From the NCBI GenBank assembly GCA_036172245.1, contig JAYWIR010000002.1:3596001-3660000 (forward strand): a stretch of DNA of 64,000 nucleotides, in the 5' to 3' direction. A model generated the notes under the pieces. That model saw only the letters and a list, made by a program, of their open reading frames with translations. It made no database searches and was not told the origin of the DNA. This document shows, piece by piece, positions 1 to 13,100 of the stretch (the stretch's first letter is position 1; each line of letters opens with the position of its first letter). The translations under genes were made by a program, and so were the position numbers. Origin of the DNA: Raillietiella orientalis. Taxonomy: Eukaryota.

Positions 1-2427
1 CCTCTCCCATCGCGGGTGGGGGAGACCTGCGAGGATGGAAGCGGAGCGTCGCGTTGTCAAGGTGACAGACGAAAGTGCGCAGCAGCAACGTATGTGGCAG
101 GTTTGCTCACGCGACCGCGTGTGTGTGTGTGTGTGTGTTTTTTTTTATTTCCCTCTTTCTTCCATTTTCTATGGAGCAGCATTTTCTTGTTTCTCGTCGT
201 CGTGTGTCCAGACGAAAGTATTCGGGCAGCGGAGGGGGAGGGAAGCGCAAGCTCCCGAGCAGCCTCTTCTCGCGGGATGGGAGGGAACAGGCGGGGGTCT
301 GCGTTTTCCACGCCATTGTTCGCTCGAAAAAAAAAAAAAAAAAAGAAGGAAAGAAGAAAGAAAGGGACCTCGAGCAGACGCGCGCGCACGTGGATGTCCC
401 GGAGCCACATCGGAAGCGGCGGCGCTCCTGACGGGGCACCGGTGGTCCGGGATAGGCGTTCGCGCGTCGCTGGGAGTGGGTCACAGGAAGAGATTTGGGA
501 AGGGAGGGGGCACGTTTTTTGTCGACGCACCGCCTGTTGGGAACGAAGGGATGCCGATTTTTTCGTCCCCGTTCCCGGACTGGACTGCGCACCGACCTAG
601 AGGCCGGGGGGGGGGGGGAGGTTCGGGGTCGCCGACGCGCTTGCATTCCTTCCGCGTCCCCAGTCAGCCTCCTGCATCCACTCTGCACATTTGGCACCTA
701 CGCCACTGGAGCCACCTCGCCGCTTTTCCCGCTTTATTTTTCGTAGGCGAGTCGACGACGGGGATGCCTCGTGGCTCCACTCGGGGGATGAAACGGCCGC
801 GGGGTCTGTGCTCCAGGAAACCGAGGATGGGAAGGAAGGGGAAGCTCTCCTCTGCGAAGGGGTCATCGGTCGGGGCTCGAAAGTGCACTCGGCAAGGGTC
901 AGGAGGGGGGAGAAAGGGGAGGGTCGTGTACTGAGGGCGAAAGTGGGAAGGCTGCTCACTGAGTTCGGGACGACGCGGAGCCCGAGGGTGGTCAGCACGC
1001 CTGGGAGCAAACACAGCGACCGACGGCGGCGGGAGGAGATTGGAAGGCGGGGGGGGGGGGGGGAAGGACGACTCCGGCTCGCCGCCGCCGCCGCCGCCCT
1101 AAGAGGGAGGTGCGTCTGCACCCATCCGGTGATCTCGCGAAGTGTTGCCGGCTCCTGCACCGCGGCGGCCGAGAAATCCCTCCGCTCCCCACTCGCCGAG
1201 CAGGGACGAGCGAATTTCCCAGTCCCTCTGCCTCCTCCTCCTCCTCCTCCTCCTCCTCTTCCTTGCCCGTCCTCCCTCCCGATTTTCAATAATGCAAGGA
1301 GAGCGCTTTGGCAGACCAGCCGGGAAGGTGGGCGGAATTTGGCACATCCTCGTGAGTAGAGCGAACGCGGGAGATGGAAATAGAACCCGCTATTTCAGTT
1401 CCTCGATGTTGGGGTTCGCGGGATTTCACGAGGATGAACGGCGTGCCCGACGGAGACACGGATTTCCCTCCCTCACCTCCTTTTTTCCCGCTTTTCGCCT
1501 GCACACACGCGCGCGGCCAGAGTTCTCCAGGGAAAGCGGGGGTGGGGAGTGTCGCGTGTGTGTCGAAAGACGCACACGCGAGAACAACCGGGCGGGGGGG
1601 GGGGGCATCCGGAAATCCCGTTAGCTGCCCGGCCTTTCCTGTTTCGGAGATTTCGCGTCCCGGCAAAAGTTCCGCCCTCGCCAGAGGAAGCGACGAGGCA
1701 AAACGGAGTCTCCGGGAAGCCTCATTGCCTTCCCAACGGGGAGGGAGGGAGGGGGGCGAGGAGGGGGACGCTGTCCTCGCCCCGAAGCTTCGGAAAAGGT
1801 ACGGTCGCAGTCACCGCGGTTCTTCGCGGAGCGCCTGCGACCGCTGGCCTGCGAAGCTGCGATGACGGTCCACGTGGTCGGAGATCACAGTTACGCGGCA
1901 CCCTTCCCCCCACCCCCTCACCCCTGTGGAGGAAGTCCTGAGAGACGAGCCGGGCAGGGTGGTGGACTGCACCTCTAGAACGAGGGTGGGGGCGAGGGGA
2001 AGGGGGAGGACTTCAAAGAGCCAATTTCCCACCCCGAAACACGGGAGCTCCCTGGGGGGCAGGAACACGGCGAAACAAACAGGGATTTGTCGCCGGGATC
2101 CGGTAAGGAAGGAGGCGAAGAAGGGGGGGGGGGAAGGGGGAGGATACTTTGCCCCGCTGTCTCCTCATCCCTGCCAATTGATAGAGAAATGCATCTTTAG
2201 CCAATTAACATGACGAAAACAGAAGAGTTGGCTTTCATGGGAAGAAGCGTTCCCTTCGATAGGTGTTCACGTAGAAAAAAAAAGGAAAAAAAGGAAAAAA
2301 AAAAAAAGAGGCAAAGACAAAAAAGAAAGAAAGAAAGGAAGGAAGGAAAAAAAACCGAAAAAAAGCGGGAAGAAGAAGAAGAAGCAGGAAAAAAGGAACG
2401 GACAAGCGGGAAAGCGAATGGGGAAGG

Positions 2428-2432
2428 GGTGT

Positions 2433-2463
<31 letters not shown>
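2428..2463. repeat. (TG)n microsatellite with one interruption
   Basis: Directly visible run gtgtgtgtctgtgtgtgtgtgtg... Confidence 0.9.
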
Positions 2464-2556
2464 GGGGAGGGGGGGGTGCCACGCTCGCGCACACACAAAC
2501 TTTCAAACGGCGGACAAATGTCGGGCGAGGCGAAAGAGAGCAGCAAAAGGACTTAC

Positions 2557-2608
2557 CGAAGTTCGATCGCTTCCTTGGTTGAGGGTTTTCCTGCTTCCTG
2601 CGCGACAT
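2557..2608 (-). CDS. First coding exon of a probable second BCL11-like gene (paralog B), encoding the NuRD-recruiting peptide MSRRKQENPQPRKRSNF; remaining exons not seen and presumably left of the window
   Basis: The minus strand reads gacATG TCG CGC AGG AAG CAG GAA AAC CCT CAA CCA AGG AAG CGA TCG AAC TTC G|gtaagt. MSRRKQxxP is the NuRD/RBBP4-binding motif of BCL11, SALL, FOG and ZNF521 proteins. It is followed by a consensus donor (GTAAGT at 2556-2551). Length (52 nt) and phase (1) match exon 1 at 17826, with 13/17 identical residues. Confidence 0.75.
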
Positions 2609-2709
2609 GTCAGGGAATTTCTCTCCCGCGACGGCGGCCGCGACTTACTTGGCTTATGCGGCGACGGATGTGTCCGCAGCACTGTGCAAACCGCGTGCAA
2701 CGCGAGGAT

Positions 2710-2715
2710 AACTGA
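2710..2715 (-). promoter_or_regulatory. Candidate Initiator (Inr) element for the minus-strand gene
   Basis: TCAGTT on the - strand matches the arthropod Inr consensus TCAKTY. It lies about 105 nt upstream of the ATG at 2608, with no ATG in between. No DPE was seen at +28 to +32. This is a short motif match only. Confidence 0.3.
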
Positions 2716-3293
2716 AGTGGACCATGCGATGCTCGTGGGCTTTTCGTCGTACTGCGTCTCCCCGGGAGAGAACGATTCTCGACCTTGCTGAGTAGGCACA
2801 GGAGAGATACAGTCCGCGGGAACAGGATCGCCACCGCTTTTGAGCATCGGTCTTTCTGCTCGTGGCCCCATCTCGTTCTCGACGGGGATGCTCCGCAGGA
2901 CGACCGGAGCTCGCGCGCGTAGGAAGTACCGCATCCCCCGGATGCACGTACTTGCTCGCGTTTTGTCCACGCGGCTCGGCCTGGCGCGGGGGGGGGGGGG
3001 GCACCCGATCGCGTCCCCGGGAGGGCACGCCACGTCCACTAATGAGCACAAAACACTCATTAGCCGGGATTCTCCAGTCGGGACGCACTTACCGCGAACA
3101 CAGCAACACGAATGCTTTGCGGGTCCTTTGGCCGCGATTATTCCACGATGCCACCGCGGGCGCGAAATAGCTGCTCGCACGCAGGAATACCGAAATTTCG
3201 TGATGGGAGTCCTGGAGGCGCTTATACGTGGCTGCTGCATTAATTGCGGGAACATCACAACGGGCGCGCGAAACAAAAAAAAAAGAAAAAGGA

Positions 3294-3324
<31 letters not shown>

Positions 3325-3645
3325 AAAAAAAAAAAAAAGGTTCCTCGGTCCCTCCCCCCCCCCTCCCTGTGCGGTTCCGGGGATGGAGCAAACCGAACTA
3401 TCAGGTTTGATAAACCGGATCCTTCGCTTGCGTGTTTGCTCAAAACGTAAGTAATAGGAAACACAGTAAGGCGCTTATATTTTCCTTCTTCAATTTAAAC
3501 AGACACCTGTTTGATATCGGCATGTTGATAAGCACACGGGAACACTAGAGGGAACGCTGCCACACTCTATCGGATGCAGGAGCTCCGTTCCGCTCTCCCT
3601 CCAGCCTCGGTTTTCCACATTTGTGTGTGGGCTTAGCACACCGAC

Positions 3646-3741
3646 GAAGAAGAAGGTTTAGAAGAAGAAGAAGAAGAAGAAGAAGGGGACGAGAGAGAGA
3701 GAGAGAGAGAGAAAGGAAACAGAAGAAAGAAAAAAAAAAGA
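3646..3741. repeat. Compound purine-rich simple repeat, (GAA)n + (GA)n + A-runs
   Basis: Directly visible runs gaagaagaag... gagagagaga... aaaaaaaaaa. Confidence 0.85.
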
Positions 3742-4849
3742 GAGGGAGGGAGAACAAAAGAGAAGGAAACCAAGAAGGAGGAAGGATGGCAAAATTAAAG
3801 AGGAACGCTTCGTGGCCACTCGGTTGGCCGATTTCAGACGTTGCAGCGTTTGGGTCAGGAGCATCGCCACGCCACAGCTTCCGAGTGAAGATGTTCATGG
3901 GTGGAACAAATGAAACTAGCAATCTGCATCATCCTTCATCTAACATGCTGGGAGGGGGGGGGGGGGAAGAGGGGAGAAGGGGGAGGGGAGGAACAGTAAT
4001 TAGGAGACTCTTTCAAATGAATCAAAAACCGGAGGCAAATCGTGGCGGGGGGGGGGGGGAATCGATCCACGCAGGACAGCAAAAAGCTGATTTGGTACAT
4101 ATCCGAAACGAGTGCTCTCCCGGTCGCCGTGGACAACGCAGGAGTGGTGGTCGTTGGTCACAGAGAGGAACGGCTCGCGTTTTGCAGGAGTCGGAGGAAA
4201 GTGGATATCCGGCTGCCTCGCTGACCTGGATGACCACCACGTCGCGTGTGGCGCACATACGCTTAGAGTGAGGCAGTTTCCAAGTTGCATCGGCGTTTCA
4301 GAGGAGCTCTCTTCTTTTTTTTTTTTTTTTTTCCTTTCCAAAAAGAAACGTTTCGTGCATGCGCGTGTACATGTACGTGTTTTTAAATATGCGCGTATGC
4401 TGTACATAGGCAGATTCATGGAACCGTAGACGGGAAAAAAAAAAAAAAAAAAAGCAGCAGCTACGTCTGAGCTACATCTACAACCCTCGTGCAGATCACG
4501 GGGAAGGTCTTCTTCATTCTGGGACGGAAGAATTCCTGCATCCGTTTGTGCTCTCCCATTGCAGCAAGACTTTAGGCACAACAAATCCCTTGCTGGGGAT
4601 AGGCGAGGGCAAACGAGCAAAATCAAACAAGAATTTCATCACTTCAAGACGTAGAGCAAGATGCATCGCTTTATTAAAGGAAAGAATCAATCTAAACAGA
4701 ATGATACATGCTGCGAAATGGCCGTGTTTCCGTTGCAAGTGTTCCAGCATGGAACAGCAGCAGCAGCAGCAGCTTTCCTGCTGCTAGCCAGCGGCACTCG
4801 CAGCTGGCATTCATCAGGAGCGCGAGCGTGGTGACATCTACAAGAACTC

Positions 4850-7100
4850 CACAGTACCAAGCCGAAAACTCCGCCGAATGTGCCCGCTTGTCTTCTCTCT
4901 GCACGATTTCCCTGCACTCTGCGCCTTCGAAATCCTCAGGATATTCCTCTTTACGAAGCCGTGGCACCGGGACCGCCCATCTTTAGGGCAGCAACAAAAA
5001 CTCTTCGGTTTGTATGACGAAGTTGCATCCCTCACGAGGACAAGATCTTACCGGTTTCCTGCTCCTACGTACTCTCATGTGTTCCCTAGCCAGTGCCCAA
5101 GCGCAAGCGAATTCCTTCCGGCGTATCCTTGAAGGTGCACACGTGACGGTGATTACAACGCGTGCAGAAAGCTGTCTTCGCAACGCCTTTTCCCTCCCGC
5201 TTAAGGACCGCGTGGTCACGTGTCTGTGCAGTTTCCTCCGCAAGGAGCCTGCAGCCAGCACGCAGGGAAGTATCTGCAGAGCCTCGCTGCCCAGATGGCG
5301 GCAAGTTAAGCCTCGCCAGTCGCCACTTCTTCCCGTGCCGATCGCGAGGCGAAACGTCAGCAGACGACCCGCGGACGACGCCGATGCTCTCTCGACCGTG
5401 CTGACCATGGGACTGGCAAGCGGAGGCCATGTGGCGCCAGTCCTGGGGAACTCCCTTTTCCTTGAGAGATTCCTCCGGGCCGCCATAGCAAACGCCTCGA
5501 ATGGCCATGACCGAGGTGGTCCTGCAAAATGAGAAGTTCCTCGGAACGTCTCGAAGACGACGTGAGAGGAAGAGAGCCCTCGCTCTCCTGGGGAAGGGGG
5601 AGGGGGAACCTCATGGCGCCACCGAGAGAGCGGACACTCCGCGGTGCCGCAGTCCCAACTCCCCAAAAGGATTCCCGGACCGCCGAGTTCGAAATGGGCA
5701 GCGTCCCGGCGTTCCACGTGGTGCTCGTTGTCGTCATCGGGAGAGCCTGGAGACGAGCGCGGGAAAGAAGTGTCGCCGGCGCTGTTTTCTCCGCTAGGAA
5801 GCAGCAGCGGCGAAAAAGGACCGAGGGCCAGAGCAAGAACAGGGGCGGAAGCAACGGAAGAAGAGGAAGGGGGGAGGAGGACGCCGGAGCTACCTCGCAG
5901 AGGCGGCGCCACCACTCGGGAGTTTTCGGCGGCGCGACGAGGCGAAGTCGGCGTCCTGTTCCTTTTCCCGCTGTTTCAGGGAACGCTGCCAAGTCGGGGG
6001 GCTTCGCTCAAGCTAAAAATAGTCATCCGTCCTCTTCCGATGCGCGAGATGCTCTAGGAGACGCAGGATCAGGGCTCCCGCCGACGCAGGTGAGAGCAGC
6101 TCCGGACAGAAAAATCCTAGAGGGAAGCAGCGACGTTTTCCGGATGGAGGGAAGGAAGATGCGCCATCCATCCTCCAGAGGCTCCCCTCAATCCCTTCCC
6201 CTGAGGCGGGGATGCGTCGCGCGCGGCAGCTTCGCTCCTCCCATTCGAGGAGGCGCTCGATTTCTTGGCGCCGCTCTTTGAGGGACGCGAGAGACCCCTG
6301 CGTCCCCAGGGATGACCGGCCTCGAGGGTCCAGAGCCAAAGAAGCGCCCGTGGCGGTGGCGGAACCACCGGAAGGAGGAGTAGAAGGAAGGTGGAGCAGG
6401 CATGAGGGAGCCGCTACTCCGTTTCTCTCTCCTCCTCCCTCTCCTGCCAGCAGCCTCCTCGGGACACTCGAGAGCTCGTCTTGAGGAGGGGGCAGCACCT
6501 ACCAACAGAGGGCAGCCTCCAGCCCGAAGGCAAGAGGAAAGAGGCACCCCTACTACGAGAGGAAGGGGGGAAGGGCGGGAATTTCTTCCTCGCCCCTTCC
6601 TGATAGGATGGTGAAGGCCTCACCCAAGCGCTCGAGGGCAGGAAGCTGGATCCACCAGGGAGGAAAACGAAAGGGGTGGACGCGCTCCGGAGAGACTGCC
6701 AGGGAGCTCCTCTCTGCATTTCAGCGTCGTCCCATAGCACGGTCTGGTGGCAGCGATGGAGCTAAGCTGTTCTGGAAGCCGGGGTCTGCAGGGACAGGGG
6801 AAGAAGGACTCTTGCGAAGAACGCCTTTCCGTCCTGAAATCCTCTTTCGCGAACCTTCTGCGAGGCCAGCCATTTGGACCCTCGCTCTAGACCAGAGGGC
6901 CCGCGTTCCCCTGTTCCCGCTCTCCTCGAGCCCGCAGCAGAGGGAAAGACGGGAATGATTCCATCTTCAAAGCTCGAAAGCGGGAGCTCCCTCACGGTGC
7001 TACTCAGAAGCTCGCGGAAGGAGAGGAGCTGCTCCTCCGGACTCCGGGGGCATCCTTCTGGATGGGTCGGCTCTGAAGGAGCCAAGTCCGGAGAAGCCCC
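4850..7100 (-). mobile_element. Decayed Ty3/Gypsy-like LTR retrotransposon pol relic (RNase H end, integrase core, integrase tail)
   Basis: Frameshifted minus-strand peptides occur in Gypsy pol order. About 6880-6760: 'SKWLASQK...SQESFFPCPCRP/GFQN', resembling KWL..K...LQEF.F...YRPG..N. About 5470-5300: 'LKEKGV/RTGATWPPLASPMVSTVERAS...DW', resembling the integrase T.YHPQ.N.VER...DW. About 5100-4965: 'AWALAREHMR...DLVLVRD...K.F...RW', resembling the GDLVL...PRW.GP tail. No LTRs were identified and the boundaries are approximate. Confidence 0.45.
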
Positions 7101-10100
7101 CCGCTAGCCTGTCACGCAGGTGGCTCTTTTTCCTGTAAGTTCGCAAAGGGGGGGGGTGCCTGGGGGGAGAGAAGGTCGCGCTCTTCCTCTCCCCTCCCCT
7201 TCCCCCAGAAGAGTTTCCTGCTGCGGTGGAGCGCGTGCTCTCAAGAACCGCATCTTCTCCGGACCCGATCCTTCCTCCCATGAAAGGAAACACTCTGCGG
7301 CAAAACAGGACATATCCCTGCGGTCCGCTCCGGAGATCTCAGAACAGGCGGACTCTCGGATAGAGCTCTCCCCGAGGACCGCGTCCCCGGACAGAACCAC
7401 CGGCGGCCGCCTCAGGAGACGGCGAACGAAGTGCTGCCTACTCTCCCAGTCCACCCTACTCTGGCTGAGAGCACCGAGACCTGGGACTCACGACTGGACG
7501 GTGACGCGAAAGCGATCGTTTTCGTATTTCTCCCCAGCCGCTTCGCCCGAATACTTCCAGCCCCCCAGGGAGGATCCAAGGACCCCGTTCCGGGATCCAC
7601 TCCATCCTTTCCTTTACCTCTAAGCCCTCGGGGTCTCCACCAACACCTATCTTTCCAGCTGCCCCATCTCTCGAGAGCTAGAAAGGTGGAGGAGGGGAAT
7701 GGACTTCGAGTTGATCTTCCCCTGGTGTGGAGCGGGTGCGTCCATCGGGCCCCTTACTCCTCCTTACAAGCCTCAGCTTGATCCGGGAGCCGGAGAAAAG
7801 CCTCGAAGGGACGTTTCCACGCCATGGAATGCCGTGCGTCGCTCATCTCCGGACATCTCCCGCTTCCCTCCGAGAGAGACGCGAGGACGGTGATCGCCTT
7901 CCCCTGCTCCCGTCCTTCACGAGTCTCCCACGCGAAGGAGTGGGAAGGAGTGGGGACCGGAGCCGCGGCTATTCAAGGGACCACGAGGGATGGCTCCCCG
8001 CAGGACAAAAATGGTTTTTTTCTTCCTCTCCTCATCGCTCCCGGATTTTTTTCCTTCCTCTTTCCGTTTTTTCAGAACCGGCGAGAGGGACTCTCCCTTT
8101 TTTTCCCGTCCCTCCTTCCCTTTTTTGTGTTTTTTACCTTCGCACCTTCTCCGGGCGCCGGCACAATGGGTCGTCCTGGCGTACAATGGGGGCTTAGGGG
8201 GAGTCCGGGAGGGGATGGGGAAAAGGGTCGGGCGGGAGCGCTGTCCGTCCTTGGGAAATGTCCGGCGCCTCCGCGGGGTCGCGTCCGATAGGGATCTCCG
8301 CGGCCGGGATCGGCGCTCCTCCTCTGGCGGCCGCTTCCTGGAAGCGCTTTGTGTCACTCCCCCTCCTCGTTGCCTTCTCATCCCCGCTCGAAGCGCACGG
8401 CGCGGAGGAGACCGGAAGCTTGCCTCCGGTGTCGTCTTCGAGCCGGCGTTGCTTGGTCGGCCGTTCGGACGCTTCTCGAGGAAGGGCGGGAGCATCCGCC
8501 TGACCACAACCGCCGTCCTTTCCTCGTCACCTCCCGTTCCTCACGGAAGGAGACGTAGGCAGATAGGGAAAGACGAGACAAACGCTGGGTTTTAAAGGTA
8601 TTTTCAAGGACTGTGGTGGACGTCTGGCACAGCCGTCTCTCTCCCAAAGTGCAGTCGTTCGCTCGCTGTCCGGGCAACGCAGGTGGCCTCAGTGAAGGTG
8701 GCTCCCTTTCTCACGCGTTTCTTTCAGGATTCCGGGATTGTGTAGAATGGTCCTCCCCTAGTCGTCGTTCCTCCTCCTTTCTCCAGCTCTCTTCCTTCTT
8801 TCCTCGTGCCCTTTCTCCCTCTCCCTGTTTCTTTAGGTTCTGGAAGAGGCGGCACTCTCATCTGTGGTCTCGCGGGCGACCCCACTGATTCGTAGATGCC
8901 TCCTTCCCTCCCAAGAATCAGGCTTCTGGAACGACAGAGGCACTTCTGAGAGCATTGCACGTTCTACCACCCGCATAGAAGATGCGCTGGCGCTCTCAAC
9001 TGCAACGTCTGCGGAAGAAGGAGGAGACCGGGAAATGCATGCATCTTCGCGTCTCCGAATCCCCTGGGAAAATCTCATCGTTCTTCTCGATCGCTTTCGT
9101 CTATCCCTACTCTTTCCAGGTTCCCCATCTGCTTTCAAGTCAACGTCCCCTCCCTCGCACCTTCCCCGCCCTTCATTGCATCCAGAGCATCCCAGGGAGT
9201 CCTTCCTCCAATCGGACTCACTGACGCTGCATCAGCTAGCAGGGATCCCTGGAAAGGCAACTCAGGGAAGGAATGCGGGCACGGTGAAGAATCGTGGAGG
9301 AGGAACAGAGGAGGAGGAGGAAGGGGGGGGGGTACACGCTGAACCGCCTGCACCCGCTTTCTCCATCTTCACCATCAAGGAAACAAAATTACGGAAGATG
9401 GAAGAAGGAGGTTCCCGGCCACGATAGCGCCGCCATCTCCCTGCTCAGAGCTTTCTCTTCACGAAGACGAGCTTCCACCATCGGTTTGCTCCGGATCTTG
9501 ACTTCGGGGACAGTACCGAGAGATCGGGAGATCCAGAGGGTCGCACAAGCCTACCCACGGGTGTCGGGATACCCTTCCGCGCCACTCGCTTGTGCCTCCC
9601 GCTACGCCAGTGATGGAAGGGAGATTCAGAGGAGCAGCCTGGAGGAAGGCCAAAACGCCTACGGAGGCTCCTCGGGGCGATGGGCCCAGAGAAAGAGAGA
9701 GAGAGAGAGAGGCGTGAAGCCAGTCACGTGAAGGACAGAAACAGGGAACGAGGCTTATCTCTCGCCCAGGAGATTGTGATCGGGGCACCTCGCTGGTAGT
9801 GAGAAGGCGGGAAGCGAGTCGCCTTCCCACCCGCATTCGAGTTTGTCCTTCCTTCATTTACGGAGAAGGGAGGGGACAGCGTTCAGATCGCTATATCCTT
9901 TCGTCTCCTCGGCTGCAATGAGCCAAAGGCGTTCAGAAGGCGACCCGCAAGGGCTAAGGCTTGCCACGGGGAGGCAACATGGGAGTACGTTCCCCGCGGA
10001 GGAGCCACGCAGTTCGAGGGAGGTACCTCCTCTGGCCGCAGCGAGCGCTCGGGCGGACTGTCACCGCGCAGATGGCTCACTGTCTCCAGCAGCTATCCCG

Positions 10101-13100
10101 AGTACTCTGGAAGAAGCGAGAGACAGCTGCATGCACTTCAGGCTGCTGTCTCCCGAACTCGGGTGCCTTTTTTTTTTTTCTTTTTTTTTTAGCCAGGGAC
10201 CTTCGGATAAAGAGAGGAAGTAGGGCGGTAGCAGCAGCACTTAAGCATGAAAAAAGGCAAGTGATGCCTCTGATTTGTGGACAACGGGTGCTGCAGAAGG
10301 GGAAGGCAGGAAAGACGGGAAGCGCAGCCAGCCTTCAGTGGAAAGACTGCTTCCTCCTTTTTTTTCCGTGTGGCCTGTTGTGTGCGCAACCCAGCCAATT
10401 TCCTCTCCCACCCTTCCCTTCCAGCGACTTTTGGAACTTCAGTTCCGCGGAACTCCCAGTTGGTTTTCTTTGCAGAGGAGGACACTCCATGCCGAGCTCT
10501 CCCTTCCTTTGCTTCCTACTCCCAGTTCTTTCCCATTTCTCCCTTTTCACGTCACGCCTTCGTTCCTTGTCATGGACTTGCACCTGGACCGTCAGGCATG
10601 ACTTTCTTCCTCCCTCCTGGAGCATCGCTGTCGGAGAAGGGATAGTATGCCGCTGTTTCCCCAAGGAACTTTCCGGCTTATGGGATAGCAATAGCCCGGA
10701 ATAGCGTTCAAGGGGAAGGAAAGAGGACAACGACATCTTCCTTCTTCCGGAGTTATTCTCCCGCGTTCGCTTCCTTCCCCGCGCTCCAGAGGCCCGGTCT
10801 GGCGAAGCGGTGAGGGAGGAGAAGACTTTCAGGAGACTGTGGACCGGGAATTCTCCATGAAAGCGATTCTGGACTGCCCCATGGAAGTTTCTCCCGTCGA
10901 AATCGCTGCTGTTCATAGGCAGTAGGACTGGAAGAGAATGTGTGCTGTCACTGCTTCCCAGGTTTCTCTCCTCTCCGGCTCTCCCGAGAGTCTTTCATGC
11001 CTTCCCACCCTGCAGAGGTCTCATCCGTGGAGGAAGAAGGCCATCTGAGTCCTGTCTGTAGTGATCGAGTTTCTTGTCAATTCCCTAATCCCATCCTCCT
11101 CCCTTTTCTGCTCCTGTCCCCCAGGCGAATGAGGGTCCTAGCGGAGAGAGTAGGAAATAGAAATCTGTGAGACCTTTGAGAATCCGTGATCCTTGCTCGA
11201 ACAGAAAACCACTTGGCTGCAGGCCTTTCCCTCCAGGGTGCCTGAAAATTTCAGTAGGAGCTCTATCTCCGTTCCACTGGCAGCTATTGCCTTCCCATCC
11301 TTTCCATCTACATAGCACCAACAGAAACCATCCGCTCCTCTAGTCAGTTGCCGCAGTGGTTCTCTTCCCCATATTAGGCAACGTACTCTTCCTTCTGACG
11401 GCCAAAGAGGTTTTGAGCCATCAAAGACCACTGCCCCTGGGCAGCGAGGAAGTCCCGAGTATGGCACCTTCTACCCTGCCTTCGCTCCGGTGCTAAAGTC
11501 TAACTGCAGCCACAGAGGGAGTGGTGAGCAGCAGCATAGCAACGTTCTCCCGTGGAGCTGGTCTGGTGAAGGTCCTGGAGTATGTTGCGTTCCTGGCGAT
11601 GGTGGAGGTAAGGGTAGGGCAGCACGGAGAGATCTCCCGGAAGTTTTCAGCCACTTCAGTGTCACGAAGGGACGCTCCAGCATCTCCTGAACGACCCTCT
11701 AGGCAAGGGAGTGCGCAGGCCAGCGAACGACATGGCGGACGACCAGCTCGCCGCCTCGATTCTCCTGCCATCTAGGAGTATGCTGTTGAAACACTCTCTG
11801 GGATAAGCGTTCCCTCTCCCCTCTTTTCCCTTGAACACGAAAGCACCAGCAGCAACCGCAGTATCAAATGAAATTTTCCATGCATCTATGAGGCTACCGG
11901 ATACATGAGCCATCTCGAGTGTAGTGCGCCACGGGCCATGTAGCCAACGGAGGCGTCCACGCGCCTTTGTCGATCCTGAACAGATGCTAGGCGAAGAGAG
12001 GGCAGCACGAAGTCGATAGGCAAAAAGTCGGGAGGGCAGGGAGCAGAAAGAGGAGAACACAAGGGAGGGGGAGGAGGAAGGAGGGAGAAAGATACCACGT
12101 GACTCGTAGCAGCTTCTCTAGCTACGAGTTGTGCACGTCCGCAAAAGCGCACAGGGAGTGCTGACGTCACGAGGCGTCTTGGGAAGCGCCCTTCCGGTCG
12201 CGGAAGGAAGGAACCCCCCTCTCCAAACGAAGATCTAGAGAACCGCTAACTCCTCCCTCCTCCATCGTGGAAGGATTTAGGTAGAGGAGGCTGCCCCCCG
12301 TTCTTGACGAGAGGTCCGCACGTTTGCCACAGCAGCAGCAGCAGCAGCAGCAAGGCTGTTTTTTGTTTTGTTTTTGCTACTGGCAACTCAACACTACTGA
12401 GATGATCAAAGTGGCTCCGCGCTCTGCTTGCCGCCAGCTATGCGACATGGTGGCGCTCCGGAGCAAGCGAGTATCATGTGGCGGGGACGGGTCTTGCGTG
12501 CATCCGAGCGTTCCCGGAGGCGCGTTTCCATCTTCCACCGCTCCGAGTGGCGGCCCGTCCGCTCCCGGCCGAGTTTCGCTCTCCCTCCCGCCAGCATTCT
12601 TTTCCTCTGGAAGCCAGCCACAGTCGGTTCCGCTTCCCTTCCCGGTTGCTGGGGGGAGATTCCACACCGCCGCCTCCACCGCTGCCGGCGGACAACGTGT
12701 GTGCGAAGTGCTCCAAACTGATCGGAGGGGAAGGGCAAAGGGGGGAGGTAGCAGGGGAGGGGATTGAAGGGGGCAGAAGAAAATGGGTTTCTCTGATGCA
12801 GTGCTGATCGAGGTAACGCATCTTCCCCACGGCGATGCGATCACCGAGGACGGGAATCGGGCGCTTCCCCATGACTGGCGGCAGCTGCGGCGGCTGGCAG
12901 GAACTAGGTTAGGGCTCGGCGGGAGGGAGAAGGGCGGGATGAGGGAGAGGGGGGAGGGGAATCGTTGCGCCTGACCCTCCTCTCTCTCTCGAGAAGCATC
13001 TGGAGCCACCTCGGAGTTCTCTCCCGCCGCCGCCGGGAAGAGTGAGGGGGGGGGGGGTTACGGGCTGAGGCGTGTGCTCCAGGCTTTTCACACGAGGTAG

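Noticed and set aside
1-2550. Search for exon 2 (ZF0) of the minus-strand paralog inside the window
   Set aside because: None of the listed minus-strand ORFs shows a DLL.CG.C...FI.HK pattern. The exon probably lies left of position 1, although a short exon missed by the ORF track cannot be excluded.
10600-12050. Possible retroelement pol remnant on the - strand (YVDG-like and HTIPSP-like fragments)
   Set aside because: The motif resemblance and spacing are too weak to call without a database search.
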